A stretch of 36,768 nucleotides of DNA from a virus. Lineage: Duplodnaviria > Caudoviricetes. Shown here piece after piece: positions 1-9,076 of this stretch. The DNA is taken from positions 1 through 36,768 of the IMG/VR virus record IMGVR_UViG_3300050132_000219; one strand, 5' to 3'. How positions within the stretch are numbered: the stretch's first letter is position 1; each line of letters opens with the position of its first letter. The position numbers and the translations under genes were made by a program. The notes under the pieces are model-generated. The model made no database searches, was not told the origin of the DNA, and saw only the letters and a program-made list of their open reading frames with translations.

Positions 1-71
1 AAGGCCGCATCCTGACGCTCAGCATACTGAGGGACCAACGTCATCAAGTTTGTGTACGTAAAGTCTTGCAC
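1..71 (-). CDS. 5' part of a virion structural protein (head-tail connector-like), runs off the window
   Basis: Not in ORF track. GTG at 71 preceded by SD GGGGAG reads MQDFTYTNLMTLVPQYAERQDAA. Resembles the 'TY..L...I..Y.ER.D' N-terminus I recall from structural proteins of related phages. Confidence 0.6.
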   Translation of the reverse strand, partial: MQDFTYTNLMTLVPQYAERQDAA

Positions 72-100
72 GGATCTCCCCAATAAAGAACAGGTTAATT

Positions 101-631
101 TTAGTTTATAAACAGTGATTCAGGGTCACTTAATTTTTGGAGAGATTGCCGACAGGAGATATAGGCAAGGTTAATCCTATCGGCTTGGAAGGCTTGAGCC
201 CGAAGAAAGTCAGAAGCTCGCTCTGAAAGTAACCCACTGTCTTGGGCTCCGTCTGCTGCACTACTGCTGGCATTGGCGGTATTTGGACCTTGGGCGGGGT
301 TACTACTACACCGGGTTGCACCGGGGTCGCGCAGGCGAGTAGCATGTAGCTTGTCAGCAAGTATAGAGATAGCTTGGTCATTAATCGCATCGGTTTTCTC
401 CTGGGCTATGTGAAAGTCTTTAAGCGCTTGCGTTGCAGCATTGGCTTCGTCGGTTTTTACTTTTAGCAGCTTGGCGGCTTCTTCATTCTGCTTTTTGATA
501 GCCTCGATGTAAGGCGCGGCCCCTATGCCTCGCTCATGTGAGCGCCAACTGAAGTAACCTGCAGGTAGCAAGACAATCAGGGCTAAAATTATCCAGCGCT
601 CGGGGTTGAACCAGGCCAAGATAGTAGTCAT
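101..631 (-). CDS. Rz-like inner-membrane spanin
   Basis: ATG at 631 overlaps the endolysin stop (ATGA). N-terminal TM (WIILALIVLLPAGYF), then coiled coil, 'RLR' and Cys residues. Confidence 0.85.
   Translation of the reverse strand: MTTILAWFNPERWIILALIVLLPAGYFSWRSHERGIGAAPYIEAIKKQNEEAAKLLKVKTDEANAATQALKDFHIAQEKTDAINDQAISILADKLHATRLRDPGATRCSSNPAQGPNTANASSSAADGAQDSGLLSERASDFLRAQAFQADRINLAYISCRQSLQKLSDPESLFIN
130..381 (-). CDS. Rz1-like outer-membrane lipoprotein spanin embedded in Rz
   Basis: Alternate frame inside Rz. MTKLSLYLLTSYMLLAC gives lipobox LLAC, followed by a Pro-rich mature region. Confidence 0.8.
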   Translation of the reverse strand: MTKLSLYLLTSYMLLACATPVQPGVVVTPPKVQIPPMPAVVQQTEPKTVGYFQSELLTFFGLKPSKPIGLTLPISPVGNLSKN

Positions 632-1155
632 GTCAGCGCTCCCTTGGCAGCGTCCCATAGGGCACAGCGCAGGTCGTAGCCATTCAAACCACCGTTAATG
701 CGCCTGGTCAGCTTCTCGAACTCGCCAGAATCCGCCAGCGCATTGAGTCGGTGCGACTGCCAGTACCAACCAGCGCTTCTAGCAGCCAACTCAGGCTGAG
801 CCAGTTTTGACGGGTCTGTTATCAAGTCAACTCCCAGCGCAATGCCAGCACTGGCGTAATTGGCTCTGCCTGTTATCTGAATAAGCCCGCGACCCCTGAA
901 CCTGGAACCATCCCCTGGCTCCACATTGCCCAAGTCAACTCGGCCCTCATAGCGTTCTTGCGTAGAAGTTGGCCCCCAGATTTCGCTTGACCAGTGCAGC
1001 CCGCCAGACTCGCAACCGATTTGAGCCAGGAACGCGGCTTGGCGCTCAGGGGTGTCAATGCCGAATTCGGTCATAGCTGCCTCAATATAAGGCAACCATT
1101 CCTCAGCACGATCACTGCGGGCACCAGTGCAGATGGCTAGTTCTTGTGGGGTCAT
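628..1155 (-). CDS. Endolysin, glycoside hydrolase family 19
   Basis: Motifs AAFLAQIGCESGG, FRGRGLIQITGRANY and TRRINGGLNG. Start MTPQEL overlaps the upstream stop (TAATG). Confidence 0.93.
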   Translation of the reverse strand: MTPQELAICTGARSDRAEEWLPYIEAAMTEFGIDTPERQAAFLAQIGCESGGLHWSSEIWGPTSTQERYEGRVDLGNVEPGDGSRFRGRGLIQITGRANYASAGIALGVDLITDPSKLAQPELAARSAGWYWQSHRLNALADSGEFEKLTRRINGGLNGYDLRCALWDAAKGALT

Positions 1156-1466
1156 TACTTCTCTGCCCACTCGGTTGAAATCCAGTCGTTCATCCTGCGG
1201 CCACGCCCGCCATCGTGTGTGCGCCATTTATAGCCGCCGATGCAGACTGCCATGCCGGTGTAGATCAGGCAGTGGACAACTTCCAACGCGTCTGAGTTTT
1301 TGTAGCCGGATTGTAAAGTAATCATCCATGCGGCCAGGAACCCAATGGACAGGCATATGAGACCGATCTTGACAATGACACCATCCTTGACATGCTTGCT
1401 CATCACAGTCCAACCAATTACAAGCGAGAGTACCAGGGATATACTTGAGTTAAATAAATCAATCAC
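1155..1466 (-). CDS. Holin/antiholin-like membrane protein
   Basis: About three hydrophobic segments and a charged C-terminal tail, directly upstream of the endolysin. Confidence 0.7.
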   Translation of the reverse strand: MIDLFNSSISLVLSLVIGWTVMSKHVKDGVIVKIGLICLSIGFLAAWMITLQSGYKNSDALEVVHCLIYTGMAVCIGGYKWRTHDGGRGRRMNDWISTEWAEK

Positions 1467-1782
1467 GACGACCTCTTTTGGAGAGCCAAGATTGAATAAT
1501 GTCTGCTATTTTCACGTCGCGCAGTCCGACCATCATTGCCGCCGCAAGACTCATTCCAAACATCCCCAAGAAAAATGATAAGCAAGACAGCATGGAGGGT
1601 GACGTCAGCCGGAACGCCTCCCCCGCTGCTGGAGCCACAAACCCGGCACAGGCCGAGCCAGTGGCAACGTTGACCAGGCGCTCGGTCCAGTTGATACCTG
1701 GAGCAAACTTTAGGCCGACAAAAGCCCCAGCCACCCCCGCCGCGAGCGGAGCGCCTATGATTTTAGTAGGGTCAATATCCAC
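1459..1782 (-). CDS. Putative holin
   Basis: Hydrophobic Gly/Ala-rich helices and basic C-terminus (SKRGRRD), in the lysis cassette. Confidence 0.7.
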   Translation of the reverse strand: MDIDPTKIIGAPLAAGVAGAFVGLKFAPGINWTERLVNVATGSACAGFVAPAAGEAFRLTSPSMLSCLSFFLGMFGMSLAAAMMVGLRDVKIADIIQSWLSKRGRRD

Positions 1783-1791
1783 ACTGGCCCC

Positions 1792-2196
1792 TTAGAGTAA
1801 TTTTAACGCCTGCTCTGCCATGATATTCAGCCCGTACTTATTGGCTATGAAGCCAGCAAATAACAGCCTACGATCATCCGGGTAGTACTTGATCTGCTCC
1901 CGGTAAGCCCGTACTTCTTCAGCCAACCTGATTGATGGCACGTAGTACAGACCACCCAGAAGAAATAGTCCAGCAATTGCCGGTGCGTAGAAGTAGGGCA
2001 AACCAAGATAGAGCATTACCGCCGAGACAATCAGCCCCGGCAAGAGGCTCCAGTACCAGTCCCGTACATGCACCAGTTCGTGCTCCAGCAAGCCACGGTC
2101 GTCCTTGTACTTTGGGCGCATCAGGATCAGCGGCCCAAAGGTCTGAGCGCCGTAATTGGCGGCTACGCGCTCGGTCAGGATGCGAAGGTAGATCAT
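1792..2196 (-). CDS. Membrane protein with HExxH zinc-peptidase-like motif
   Basis: LLEHELVHVR, then two hydrophobic stretches, then LAEEVRAY. Confidence 0.6.
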   Translation of the reverse strand: MIYLRILTERVAANYGAQTFGPLILMRPKYKDDRGLLEHELVHVRDWYWSLLPGLIVSAVMLYLGLPYFYAPAIAGLFLLGGLYYVPSIRLAEEVRAYREQIKYYPDDRRLLFAGFIANKYGLNIMAEQALKLL

Positions 2197-2651
2197 GCTG
2201 CCACCTGCGCAGCTACAGCCGCCGCCACTGCTGCATCAAACGCTGCCTTGTCCGCTGCGGCTTTCTCTGCGGCTGCTTGGGCTTCTTGTGCGGCTTTGAG
2301 GCGTGTGGTCTCGGCTTCACAGGCATCGACGGCGAGCTTGGCTGCGGCTTGGGCGGCTTCGCTGGCTAGCTTGGCGGCTTCTGCGTCGGCTTTCTTGGTA
2401 TCTGCTGTTGCCATGTCGGTTAGAGCCTGTTGCCCTGTGCTAATCGCGCTGGCTGTAATAGCTGCCCAAATGTCAGCAATGGGGTATCCAACCTCGCCCG
2501 CCATGCTTACGGGTTGCGCTAAACCTTCTTCGACATTAAGCACCGTCCCATCTTCAATTACCGAGTCGAGAAACTTGATGTGTGCGCCGCTGATTTTGCC
2601 ATCAGTCCAGCGGACCAGGAATTCATAAGGGGATCGTGTTTTGGTGATCAT
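2193..2651 (-). CDS. Tail-fibre-associated protein with Ala-rich coiled-coil C-terminus
   Basis: SD AAAGGA before ATG 2651 (MITKTRSPYEFLVRW). Lies immediately after the tail fibre gene. Confidence 0.6.
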   Translation of the reverse strand: MITKTRSPYEFLVRWTDGKISGAHIKFLDSVIEDGTVLNVEEGLAQPVSMAGEVGYPIADIWAAITASAISTGQQALTDMATADTKKADAEAAKLASEAAQAAAKLAVDACEAETTRLKAAQEAQAAAEKAAADKAAFDAAVAAAVAAQVAA

Positions 2652-2670
2652 GTTTTGTCCTTTGTGAAAA

Positions 2671-5499
2671 TTAACCAACAATCCAATTTGTGCCATCTGA
2701 ATAGACGGGTACTTTATTGCTGCCACCGCCTATAACAGTGAGGCCAAGTCCGAGAATTACTGTGGTGTTTGCATCGGTAACGAAAACTCTGGAACCAACA
2801 CCAACGGCTGAAGCAGAGGGCAATGTACCTGCGGTGAAGACGCCTGTTTTTATGACGCCAACATTGGATAAATTCCCGTTAGCATCCAGCTTCATCGCCT
2901 GAGTGAACGTGATCGCTGTGCCTGCGGTGCCGGGTGGGGAGGTGTACCAAGCGTGACCCATTGCATCTTGCTGATACCTAGAGGCTAGTCCAGGAGCTTT
3001 ATAGATATAGTTTGCGCCGTTGAAGTAGCTGTTCGCAAGTATGTGAATATTATCCGCCCCGTTTGACGCCAGCGCTCCACCTACTAGTTCAATAGCTCGC
3101 ATTGTCCAAGCACTAGGCACAACCCCAAGGCCGAGGTTGCCGTGGGAGTCTAGAACGGCAACAGCAGTACCATCCGTCTTTTTAATATTCAGTGTCTGAT
3201 AATACTCAAGCAGGTTCTGAAAGGCACCACCATCCCAATAATGCCCAATACCACTCATCTTGATGGCACCATAGTAACTGTTAAAAGCTGCTCCGCTATT
3301 TGTTCCCGAGTTCGGATTCGATGTACTGATCTCAAGTAGTCCTGTCTTATTTAAACTTGTGCTTATATTCTCGGATGCACTCAGCGCCCCTGTGACTGCT
3401 AGGTCGGCCAATACGTTTGTTTTGCCTGTGGTGGCATCAAAACTTACCGAATCAATAACACCATCTTGTCCGATCCACCCAGAACCGTTACGAGCAAAAA
3501 AGTGCCAGATATTTGGGGATATTGCGGTCTGCACTTGATAACCAGCGCGTGAACTGGCACCTGTATCTACATTGGTTACTAGTGCTCTAGCTTCCCCCGC
3601 TGCCGCAATTTTTGTGATGGCGACTTCCGCAAAAGTTCCGGTACCCCCCGTAATAGCTCCACTCGCACTCAGCGTAGTAACCGACGCCGGTAGCGTCCCG
3701 CCAGCCAAACTTGCCGCTGTTACGGGTTTGTTCGTTGCGGTGTCGATGGTGACGCCTGCGATGGAGCCTGGTGCTGCAAATGTTGCCCCGCCTAGGGTTG
3801 CGGCGTTGACGTTGGTGATGTTGGAGCCGTTGCCACTGCTTGGGGTGCCGAGAGCACCGCCTTTGATTACTGGTGCGCCATCAGTGCCAGTATTAATTGC
3901 TAGGACTGTGGCTATGCCTGTGCCGGGGGTTATGGCTGCCCATGTGGTGAGATCAGGGTCGTAGGCTTGGACGTCGGTGCCGATGACTAGGCCAAGCGTC
4001 GTCGGCGTGGCTGTTGCAGTATACGCAGACGTGCCCAAAGTTCCGCCAGTTCCAATGGCAAGCGTGCTGCCGTCGGTTGCGCTCAGCGTCAATGTGTTGG
4101 ATGCGGTCAGGGTTTTGCCATCTGCAACGGTTATCGTCGAGCCTGTTGCTGGTGCGGTCAGGGTGATTTTGTTGATGCAGGTGGCTGTAGCTACTCCCAA
4201 GGTCGGGGTGACTAGCGTTGGGGATGTGTCTAGCACATTTTTGCCAGAGCCTGTGTTCGTCACAGATATAAGCGTCTTGCTCGCATCAGTAGCCAGGGCA
4301 CTCGATGCGGTCAATCCGTCGAGTGTCAACCCGCCAACTGCAAACTTACCAAGATAAGTGCCGTTGATTGTGATCCCAATCTCGTCCGTTCCAGAAGAGT
4401 AAAACCCAGTAGCCGTTGAGCCAACCCCTAAAGAAGGCGCTGCAGCAGTTCCGGCATTGAGCAACAGAGTCAGCGGCCCGCCCGCAATCTGCGTGTCAGC
4501 GTTGATGACATTGGTGCCGTCGCAGAACAAAATGGCTGCTTGTGCGGCATTCACTGACACTGACGTGCCACCGCCAACACAACCAAAGGTCAGTGTATAT
4601 GCGCCAGAAGTGTCATTGGAGACGTAATAAACCTGCACGATTGCGGGCAGGTTGACTGTCTGATTGCTGACCAGCGTACCGTTGTAAGTCTGCACAACAT
4701 TAGACGCTTCTGTCAGGCTCAGCGCCAACGTGCCGCCAGTAACGGCCCTGACCAGCTGCGTGAAGTTGAAGGCTGAATTCTTGCCTAGCCCCACCGTATA
4801 CCAGTCACTCGTGCCCATGTGCACAAAGCACGCTTCATTCACGGATAGCGCTATGTTGCCCGAGCCGTCAATCAAGGCTCCACCCACGGGCGCAACGGTC
4901 AGCATACCGGAGCCTTGATTACGCACTTCGATGTTGAAGTCGCTTGTGGACGCCGAAGTCGTGGGCAGGGTGACGGTACCGCTGCCGCCGTTCCACACAA
5001 ACACCTTGGCCCGGTCGGTCAGAGTCACCGTTGTGTCACCTGAAATTTGGCTCACTGCGGGGGCAAAGTTCAGCGTATTTGAAAGCGCCTTCAGCCCATA
5101 GCCCTTCAACTGTGAGGCGTCCAGAGTGCTTGACGAAGCGCCAAACAGCGTCACTCGCCATGTGCCCGCTGAGGTAGAGTTGTCACTGAGGTAAAGGTAC
5201 TTGATTTGTCCCGCAGTCAGCGTAGCAATAGAGTTGCCCGCGCTGTCCAGCACGGTGAAGGTGTTGGCCCCTGCGTTGTCAAACAATATGTCTTGGCCTA
5301 AGCTAGTCAGTGTCGCATCGGGCAGGGTGATGGTAAGTGAGCCAGCGCTAGCTGACACTTTCATTATGCGAGCCACCTGATTTCCAGACGTCGCAAAGGG
5401 CGGCCACACGGTTATGATGCTGGCGGACAGCGCCACCGCCCGGAAACCTACATCAGAGGGCTGGACTGTGGAACCTCCAAATACATCTATATAGCTCAT
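2671..5499 (-). CDS. Tail fibre / receptor-binding protein (942 aa)
   Basis: Thr/Gly/Ser/Ala-rich, with fibre-type segments (TSPTLVTPTLG, LGTPSSG, DSHGNLGLG) and C-terminal VPVYSDGTNWIVG. Confidence 0.8.
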   Translation of the reverse strand: MSYIDVFGGSTVQPSDVGFRAVALSASIITVWPPFATSGNQVARIMKVSASAGSLTITLPDATLTSLGQDILFDNAGANTFTVLDSAGNSIATLTAGQIKYLYLSDNSTSAGTWRVTLFGASSSTLDASQLKGYGLKALSNTLNFAPAVSQISGDTTVTLTDRAKVFVWNGGSGTVTLPTTSASTSDFNIEVRNQGSGMLTVAPVGGALIDGSGNIALSVNEACFVHMGTSDWYTVGLGKNSAFNFTQLVRAVTGGTLALSLTEASNVVQTYNGTLVSNQTVNLPAIVQVYYVSNDTSGAYTLTFGCVGGGTSVSVNAAQAAILFCDGTNVINADTQIAGGPLTLLLNAGTAAAPSLGVGSTATGFYSSGTDEIGITINGTYLGKFAVGGLTLDGLTASSALATDASKTLISVTNTGSGKNVLDTSPTLVTPTLGVATATCINKITLTAPATGSTITVADGKTLTASNTLTLSATDGSTLAIGTGGTLGTSAYTATATPTTLGLVIGTDVQAYDPDLTTWAAITPGTGIATVLAINTGTDGAPVIKGGALGTPSSGNGSNITNVNAATLGGATFAAPGSIAGVTIDTATNKPVTAASLAGGTLPASVTTLSASGAITGGTGTFAEVAITKIAAAGEARALVTNVDTGASSRAGYQVQTAISPNIWHFFARNGSGWIGQDGVIDSVSFDATTGKTNVLADLAVTGALSASENISTSLNKTGLLEISTSNPNSGTNSGAAFNSYYGAIKMSGIGHYWDGGAFQNLLEYYQTLNIKKTDGTAVAVLDSHGNLGLGVVPSAWTMRAIELVGGALASNGADNIHILANSYFNGANYIYKAPGLASRYQQDAMGHAWYTSPPGTAGTAITFTQAMKLDANGNLSNVGVIKTGVFTAGTLPSASAVGVGSRVFVTDANTTVILGLGLTVIGGGSNKVPVYSDGTNWIVG

Positions 5500-5509
5500 T
5501 TTCTGTCCT

Positions 5510-5737
5510 TCAAGCGTCTAACGGCTCATCTGGCCGTGGGAATCGTAGGGTAATGTCTTCGGGCATGTGGGGGCTGAGCCGCCATGGATCCAAGTCATCT
5601 GCACACTCAGGACACACACGCAGACCGGGTGCGTTCTTGTCAGACACAAGAGTGCTGTATGGGCGCTTGGCATGACATCTGTCGCACACGGAAATTGCGC
5701 AAGAGGAGTACCCAGAAGTGTCAAGGTACAAAGGCAT
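5510..5737 (-). CDS. Small CxxC...CxxC zinc-binding protein
   Basis: CDRC and CPEC motifs. SD AAGGAG upstream. Confidence 0.75.
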   Translation of the reverse strand: MPLYLDTSGYSSCAISVCDRCHAKRPYSTLVSDKNAPGLRVCPECADDLDPWRLSPHMPEDITLRFPRPDEPLDA

Positions 5738-6545
5738 AATGGCTCTCCTTTTGTAGCGCTAAGCAAGCCCAAGATACCGTTTTTCCAACTTCTAAAGCAA
5801 CTTCTTTTAACTTAGCTCCGTTCTTGTGCATATGTTGGGCTATAGCATTGTCAAACCAATTCCATTTGTTCTTAACAAGGCCGCTTGCAATATTCGCTCG
5901 TTGCCTGTTATTTGAAATCCGTTCTCTGTAGCTCGCGTCTGTTAAAAATCTACGCGTGAACTCAATGCCAACTAGGGTTTGATACCCCTCTACTCTGTGC
6001 TGAGTAGCTTTCGATCTTAGTGACTTTATCTTTTCATCAAACACAGGATCAATAACCCGATGCACGGCTATATTTTTTTCTCGAGTCTTTGATGCGTTAG
6101 ACTTTACTTCAAGATATAGCTTTTCGTATTCTGGGTTAGCTCTTAACTCAGTCACTTTATCATGACCTAATTTTCCGGCTACTAAATACATTTTTTTCCA
6201 TTTCAAACGCAACACCTCAGGCATGGTTGCTATTTCACTTTTTGATGGAAAACCGCTTTTAGTCCCACCTAAGTTGTAGCCCTTTTTCCTATCGTATGCC
6301 TGAAACTTAAGAATATACTCAAGTTCTAAAGCTGGCAGGTTTATAGCACAGTCACGATCTAATATTGAAAAGACAAAGGCATCAACTCCGTGCTTTCGTA
6401 AACTGCAATGAATAGGAAAAGGAGAACCTTTTTTCGCATCAATCTTATGTTGTGCCCATCTAAGTTCTATATTTACAGATCGTCCAATATAAGACTTACC
6501 TGTTACAGTATTAAGTATCCTGTAGACTCCAGAAATAGGACTCAT
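5721..6545 (-). CDS. Freestanding GIY-YIG homing endonuclease
   Basis: SGVYRI...SYIG.S.NIELRW..H...ELEYI...GYN. AT-rich relative to neighbours and overlaps both flanking genes. Confidence 0.88.
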   Translation of the reverse strand: MSPISGVYRILNTVTGKSYIGRSVNIELRWAQHKIDAKKGSPFPIHCSLRKHGVDAFVFSILDRDCAINLPALELEYILKFQAYDRKKGYNLGGTKSGFPSKSEIATMPEVLRLKWKKMYLVAGKLGHDKVTELRANPEYEKLYLEVKSNASKTREKNIAVHRVIDPVFDEKIKSLRSKATQHRVEGYQTLVGIEFTRRFLTDASYRERISNNRQRANIASGLVKNKWNWFDNAIAQHMHKNGAKLKEVALEVGKTVSWACLALQKESHYAFVP

Positions 6546-7546
6546 GCCGAGTACCCGCGAATGTTGGGCGCAATGCGTATCGGAGATCCATCATTCTCGC
6601 TGTCTTCCGCTTGCAGGAGGTGCTTCTCAGCTTCTGCACTTAGCAACTCATAGCGTCCCGGAGGCAATTCACCAGCGGGCAACTCTAACGCACACCGGCA
6701 AGCCAACGTCAGGATGATTGACTCAAGCCAGCGCTGTGGTATGTCTAGCGTGTTTGTCAGTGCCCCTACGTCTTGAATGTGACGCTGTGACCACAGCACG
6801 ATCTGATCTACGTTGCCCTGCGATGCGGGCCAGATGACAATACGCGGAGTGATCTGTTTGTCAAACCAGTATTGCAGGCTCTTGCTGCCCGCAGGTGCGG
6901 AAAGCGTCTTGTTAGGCAGGGATTGATAATCATCACCCGAAAGCTTGGCCATCGGCACTTCATACGGGTCTTTGCTGAACACAAGTATAGAAACAGCAGG
7001 GAGCGTGCCAGAAGTGTCCCGGACGCGCCAGTAGCGCGCTGTTACCGCGCTGTCAGGGTCAACGGCCAGCCATTCACCTGCCAACACCGTTTGGGCCACC
7101 GGAAACGCCACTGAGGTTACCCAGGTAGCATTGTCTGCCGAGTACTCAAGAACCAGAGTGACTGTAGCATTAGAGACAAAGCTGACAGAGGCCGTGTGAA
7201 CCAACTGAGCGGTGGTCAGGTCTTGGCCCTGCCACCCTGCGCCACTGATCGTGCTGCCCGTCAGGTCGGTCTTGGTACGATAAAGCGTGTTCATCACGTC
7301 CACAACGCCCACAGGCAGCGTGTACGAGGTCTTGTAGGGGCTAACCCCTAGAACGTACTTCTGAATGCACCACAGGCTCAGCCCCCGATTGGCGAGGTCA
7401 CTGAGCAGGAAGTAAAGGTTTTCCCGTGCGGAGAGTTGCAGCTCCGACGAGATTGTAGAGGCCAGTTTGCCGCAGCGACGGAAAGCGTGCTCAACGAGAG
7501 CAGTTACATCGACGACGGTCTGGCTGACGGTTCCAGAGGTTGCCAT
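6542..7546 (-). CDS. Virion structural protein (head-tail adaptor / tail tubular-like) with internal discoidin-like segment
   Basis: Position downstream of capsid genes. Central LEYSADNATW...ARYWRVR resembles an F5/8-type beta-sandwich. Confidence 0.65.
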   Translation of the reverse strand: MATSGTVSQTVVDVTALVEHAFRRCGKLASTISSELQLSARENLYFLLSDLANRGLSLWCIQKYVLGVSPYKTSYTLPVGVVDVMNTLYRTKTDLTGSTISGAGWQGQDLTTAQLVHTASVSFVSNATVTLVLEYSADNATWVTSVAFPVAQTVLAGEWLAVDPDSAVTARYWRVRDTSGTLPAVSILVFSKDPYEVPMAKLSGDDYQSLPNKTLSAPAGSKSLQYWFDKQITPRIVIWPASQGNVDQIVLWSQRHIQDVGALTNTLDIPQRWLESIILTLACRCALELPAGELPPGRYELLSAEAEKHLLQAEDSENDGSPIRIAPNIRGYSA

Positions 7547-7552
7547 AATTGA

Positions 7553-8194
7553 TCAGAGCGCATAGCCCGCAGCTTGCGTGATATACCACGTCAGCGTGGC
7601 CCCATTAGTGACTGAGTTGATCTTAAGTCTCACCGCCTGGTCACCGATGGTCACAGTGCTTGAAGTGGTAGCGGTCTTGGACGCCAACGCGGTGACTGAC
7701 ACCCAAGGGCACGCTTCCATAGCATTGTTGAACGGATTGGCGTAGGTTTCTTCAACCGTGAAGTTCACGGTGCCCGTCACCTTGACCGTCATGGCTGCTG
7801 CCGCAACGCTGCGCCACTCTAGGGCAATCATCGGGGGCACTGACTCAGCAGCAATGCCGACAGACACAACCAACGCCCCCATCGTGGCCGACGGAGTGAT
7901 TGTGGAAATGGTCTTGAAGTGCTTGGTGCTGGTGACTGTAGCTCCACTGGCTGGGCCAGTGATTCCAGTTGAAGTCAAAGGCAAGTCATTGGCGTCGGTA
8001 CCGACGATAGTGAACGTCACCCCTGCAAGGGTGGCTTGCACCGGAGACGTTAGGGTCACCAGGTGCGCAAGGCCATCGGTCGTTGCCGGGGTGGTTACAG
8101 CGGTTGCTGCCCCCGTGCTGTTGAAGGTCTGCGCGTTGAAAGCGGTAGTGTTTGCCGTTACAGGCGAGAAGGGGCCGAGTTGCATGGGACGCAT
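7553..8194 (-). CDS. Virion structural protein (Thr-rich)
   Basis: SD AAGGAG; beta-rich composition; lies in the structural operon. Confidence 0.7.
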   Translation of the reverse strand: MRPMQLGPFSPVTANTTAFNAQTFNSTGAATAVTTPATTDGLAHLVTLTSPVQATLAGVTFTIVGTDANDLPLTSTGITGPASGATVTSTKHFKTISTITPSATMGALVVSVGIAAESVPPMIALEWRSVAAAAMTVKVTGTVNFTVEETYANPFNNAMEACPWVSVTALASKTATTSSTVTIGDQAVRLKINSVTNGATLTWYITQAAGYAL

Positions 8195-8216
8195 GTCTGT
8201 TCTCCTTGATGAGTAA

Positions 8217-8245
8217 CTTGAGTGCTCTTTGTCAGAGGACTCAAG
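8217..8245. other. Intergenic hairpin
   Basis: CTTGAGTgCTCT-ttgtc-AGAGgACTCAAG. Confidence 0.55.
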
Positions 8246-8260
8246 CGCTAATGACCTAAA

Positions 8261-8455
8261 CTAACGACGCCGCGCCTTCTTAGGTGTGGCAAGAGCCTTT
8301 GGCGCCTCTTCTTTGGGTTGCTCTTGAAGCTTTGCAATCATCACCTGATAAGCCCTGATGGTGGCATCAGCTTGAATCAGGAAGACCCGTGCCTTCTCTG
8401 ATTCGCGCTTAAGGTCCTCAATCTCAGAATTGAGGAAGTCTTCAGTGATTACCAC
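8261..8455 (-). CDS. Small coiled-coil hypothetical protein
   Basis: Tightly packed in the operon; basic C-terminus. Confidence 0.7.
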   Translation of the reverse strand: MVITEDFLNSEIEDLKRESEKARVFLIQADATIRAYQVMIAKLQEQPKEEAPKALATPKKARRR

Positions 8456-8457
8456 GA

Positions 8458-9027
8458 TTAGGACGCTGCCGAGTTAGCCAGGATCCAGTAAGGCGTACCG
8501 TCATCGGCCACAATCTTGATGACGTGAGACGAAGCCGCCAACACTCCCGCAGCAACCATCGCCTTAGGAACATTGAACAGGTTAGCAACCGTGCCCGTAC
8601 CTGAGTTGGTGAAACGGATGAAGGCCGCATTGGTCCAAGTGCCGCCAGTGGCAAAGTTGGAGTCCGCCTGAATCGCAGCCAACGTGCCGCCTGGGTTGGT
8701 CGAAGTGCCGCCCAAAGTCGCTCTAAAAGCATTGCCTGCGCCGGATACTGTGGCCGTGCCATTAATATCTAACGAGACGTGAGCCCCGTTCACTGTGCCG
8801 CCTGGAGCAACTGCTCCTGCACCCGTTGCTAGGATTGTGTAAGCCCGAAGAGTTTCACCAGAACCGGCTGCAGTAAATGTCGTCTTGAGGTATGTATTTC
8901 GAGTGTCGCCATTGGTGGCTGAACTCGTCACATAACTTTGGTTGACACTAGCCGCGCTGGTCAGGGAAATGGGGTCAGTGGACAAACCATTGACCGTGCC
9001 CGTGAACATTGTTTGACCGAATTGCAT
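8458..9027 (-). CDS. Virion structural protein (possible head decoration/fibre)
   Basis: SD AAGGAG; Gly/Thr/Ala-rich; follows the capsid gene. Confidence 0.7.
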   Translation of the reverse strand: MQFGQTMFTGTVNGLSTDPISLTSAASVNQSYVTSSATNGDTRNTYLKTTFTAAGSGETLRAYTILATGAGAVAPGGTVNGAHVSLDINGTATVSGAGNAFRATLGGTSTNPGGTLAAIQADSNFATGGTWTNAAFIRFTNSGTGTVANLFNVPKAMVAAGVLAASSHVIKIVADDGTPYWILANSAAS

Positions 9028-9049
9028 AAATTTCTCCTTGAAAGTGAGC

Positions 9050-9067
9050 GGGGGACCGGAGTCCCCC
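9050..9067 (-). terminator. GC-rich hairpin after the capsid gene (weak terminator or mRNA stabiliser)
   Basis: GGGGGAC-CGGA-GTCCCCC, about 10 nt past the capsid stop. No long U tract. Confidence 0.55.
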
Positions 9068-9076
9068 TAAGGTCGT

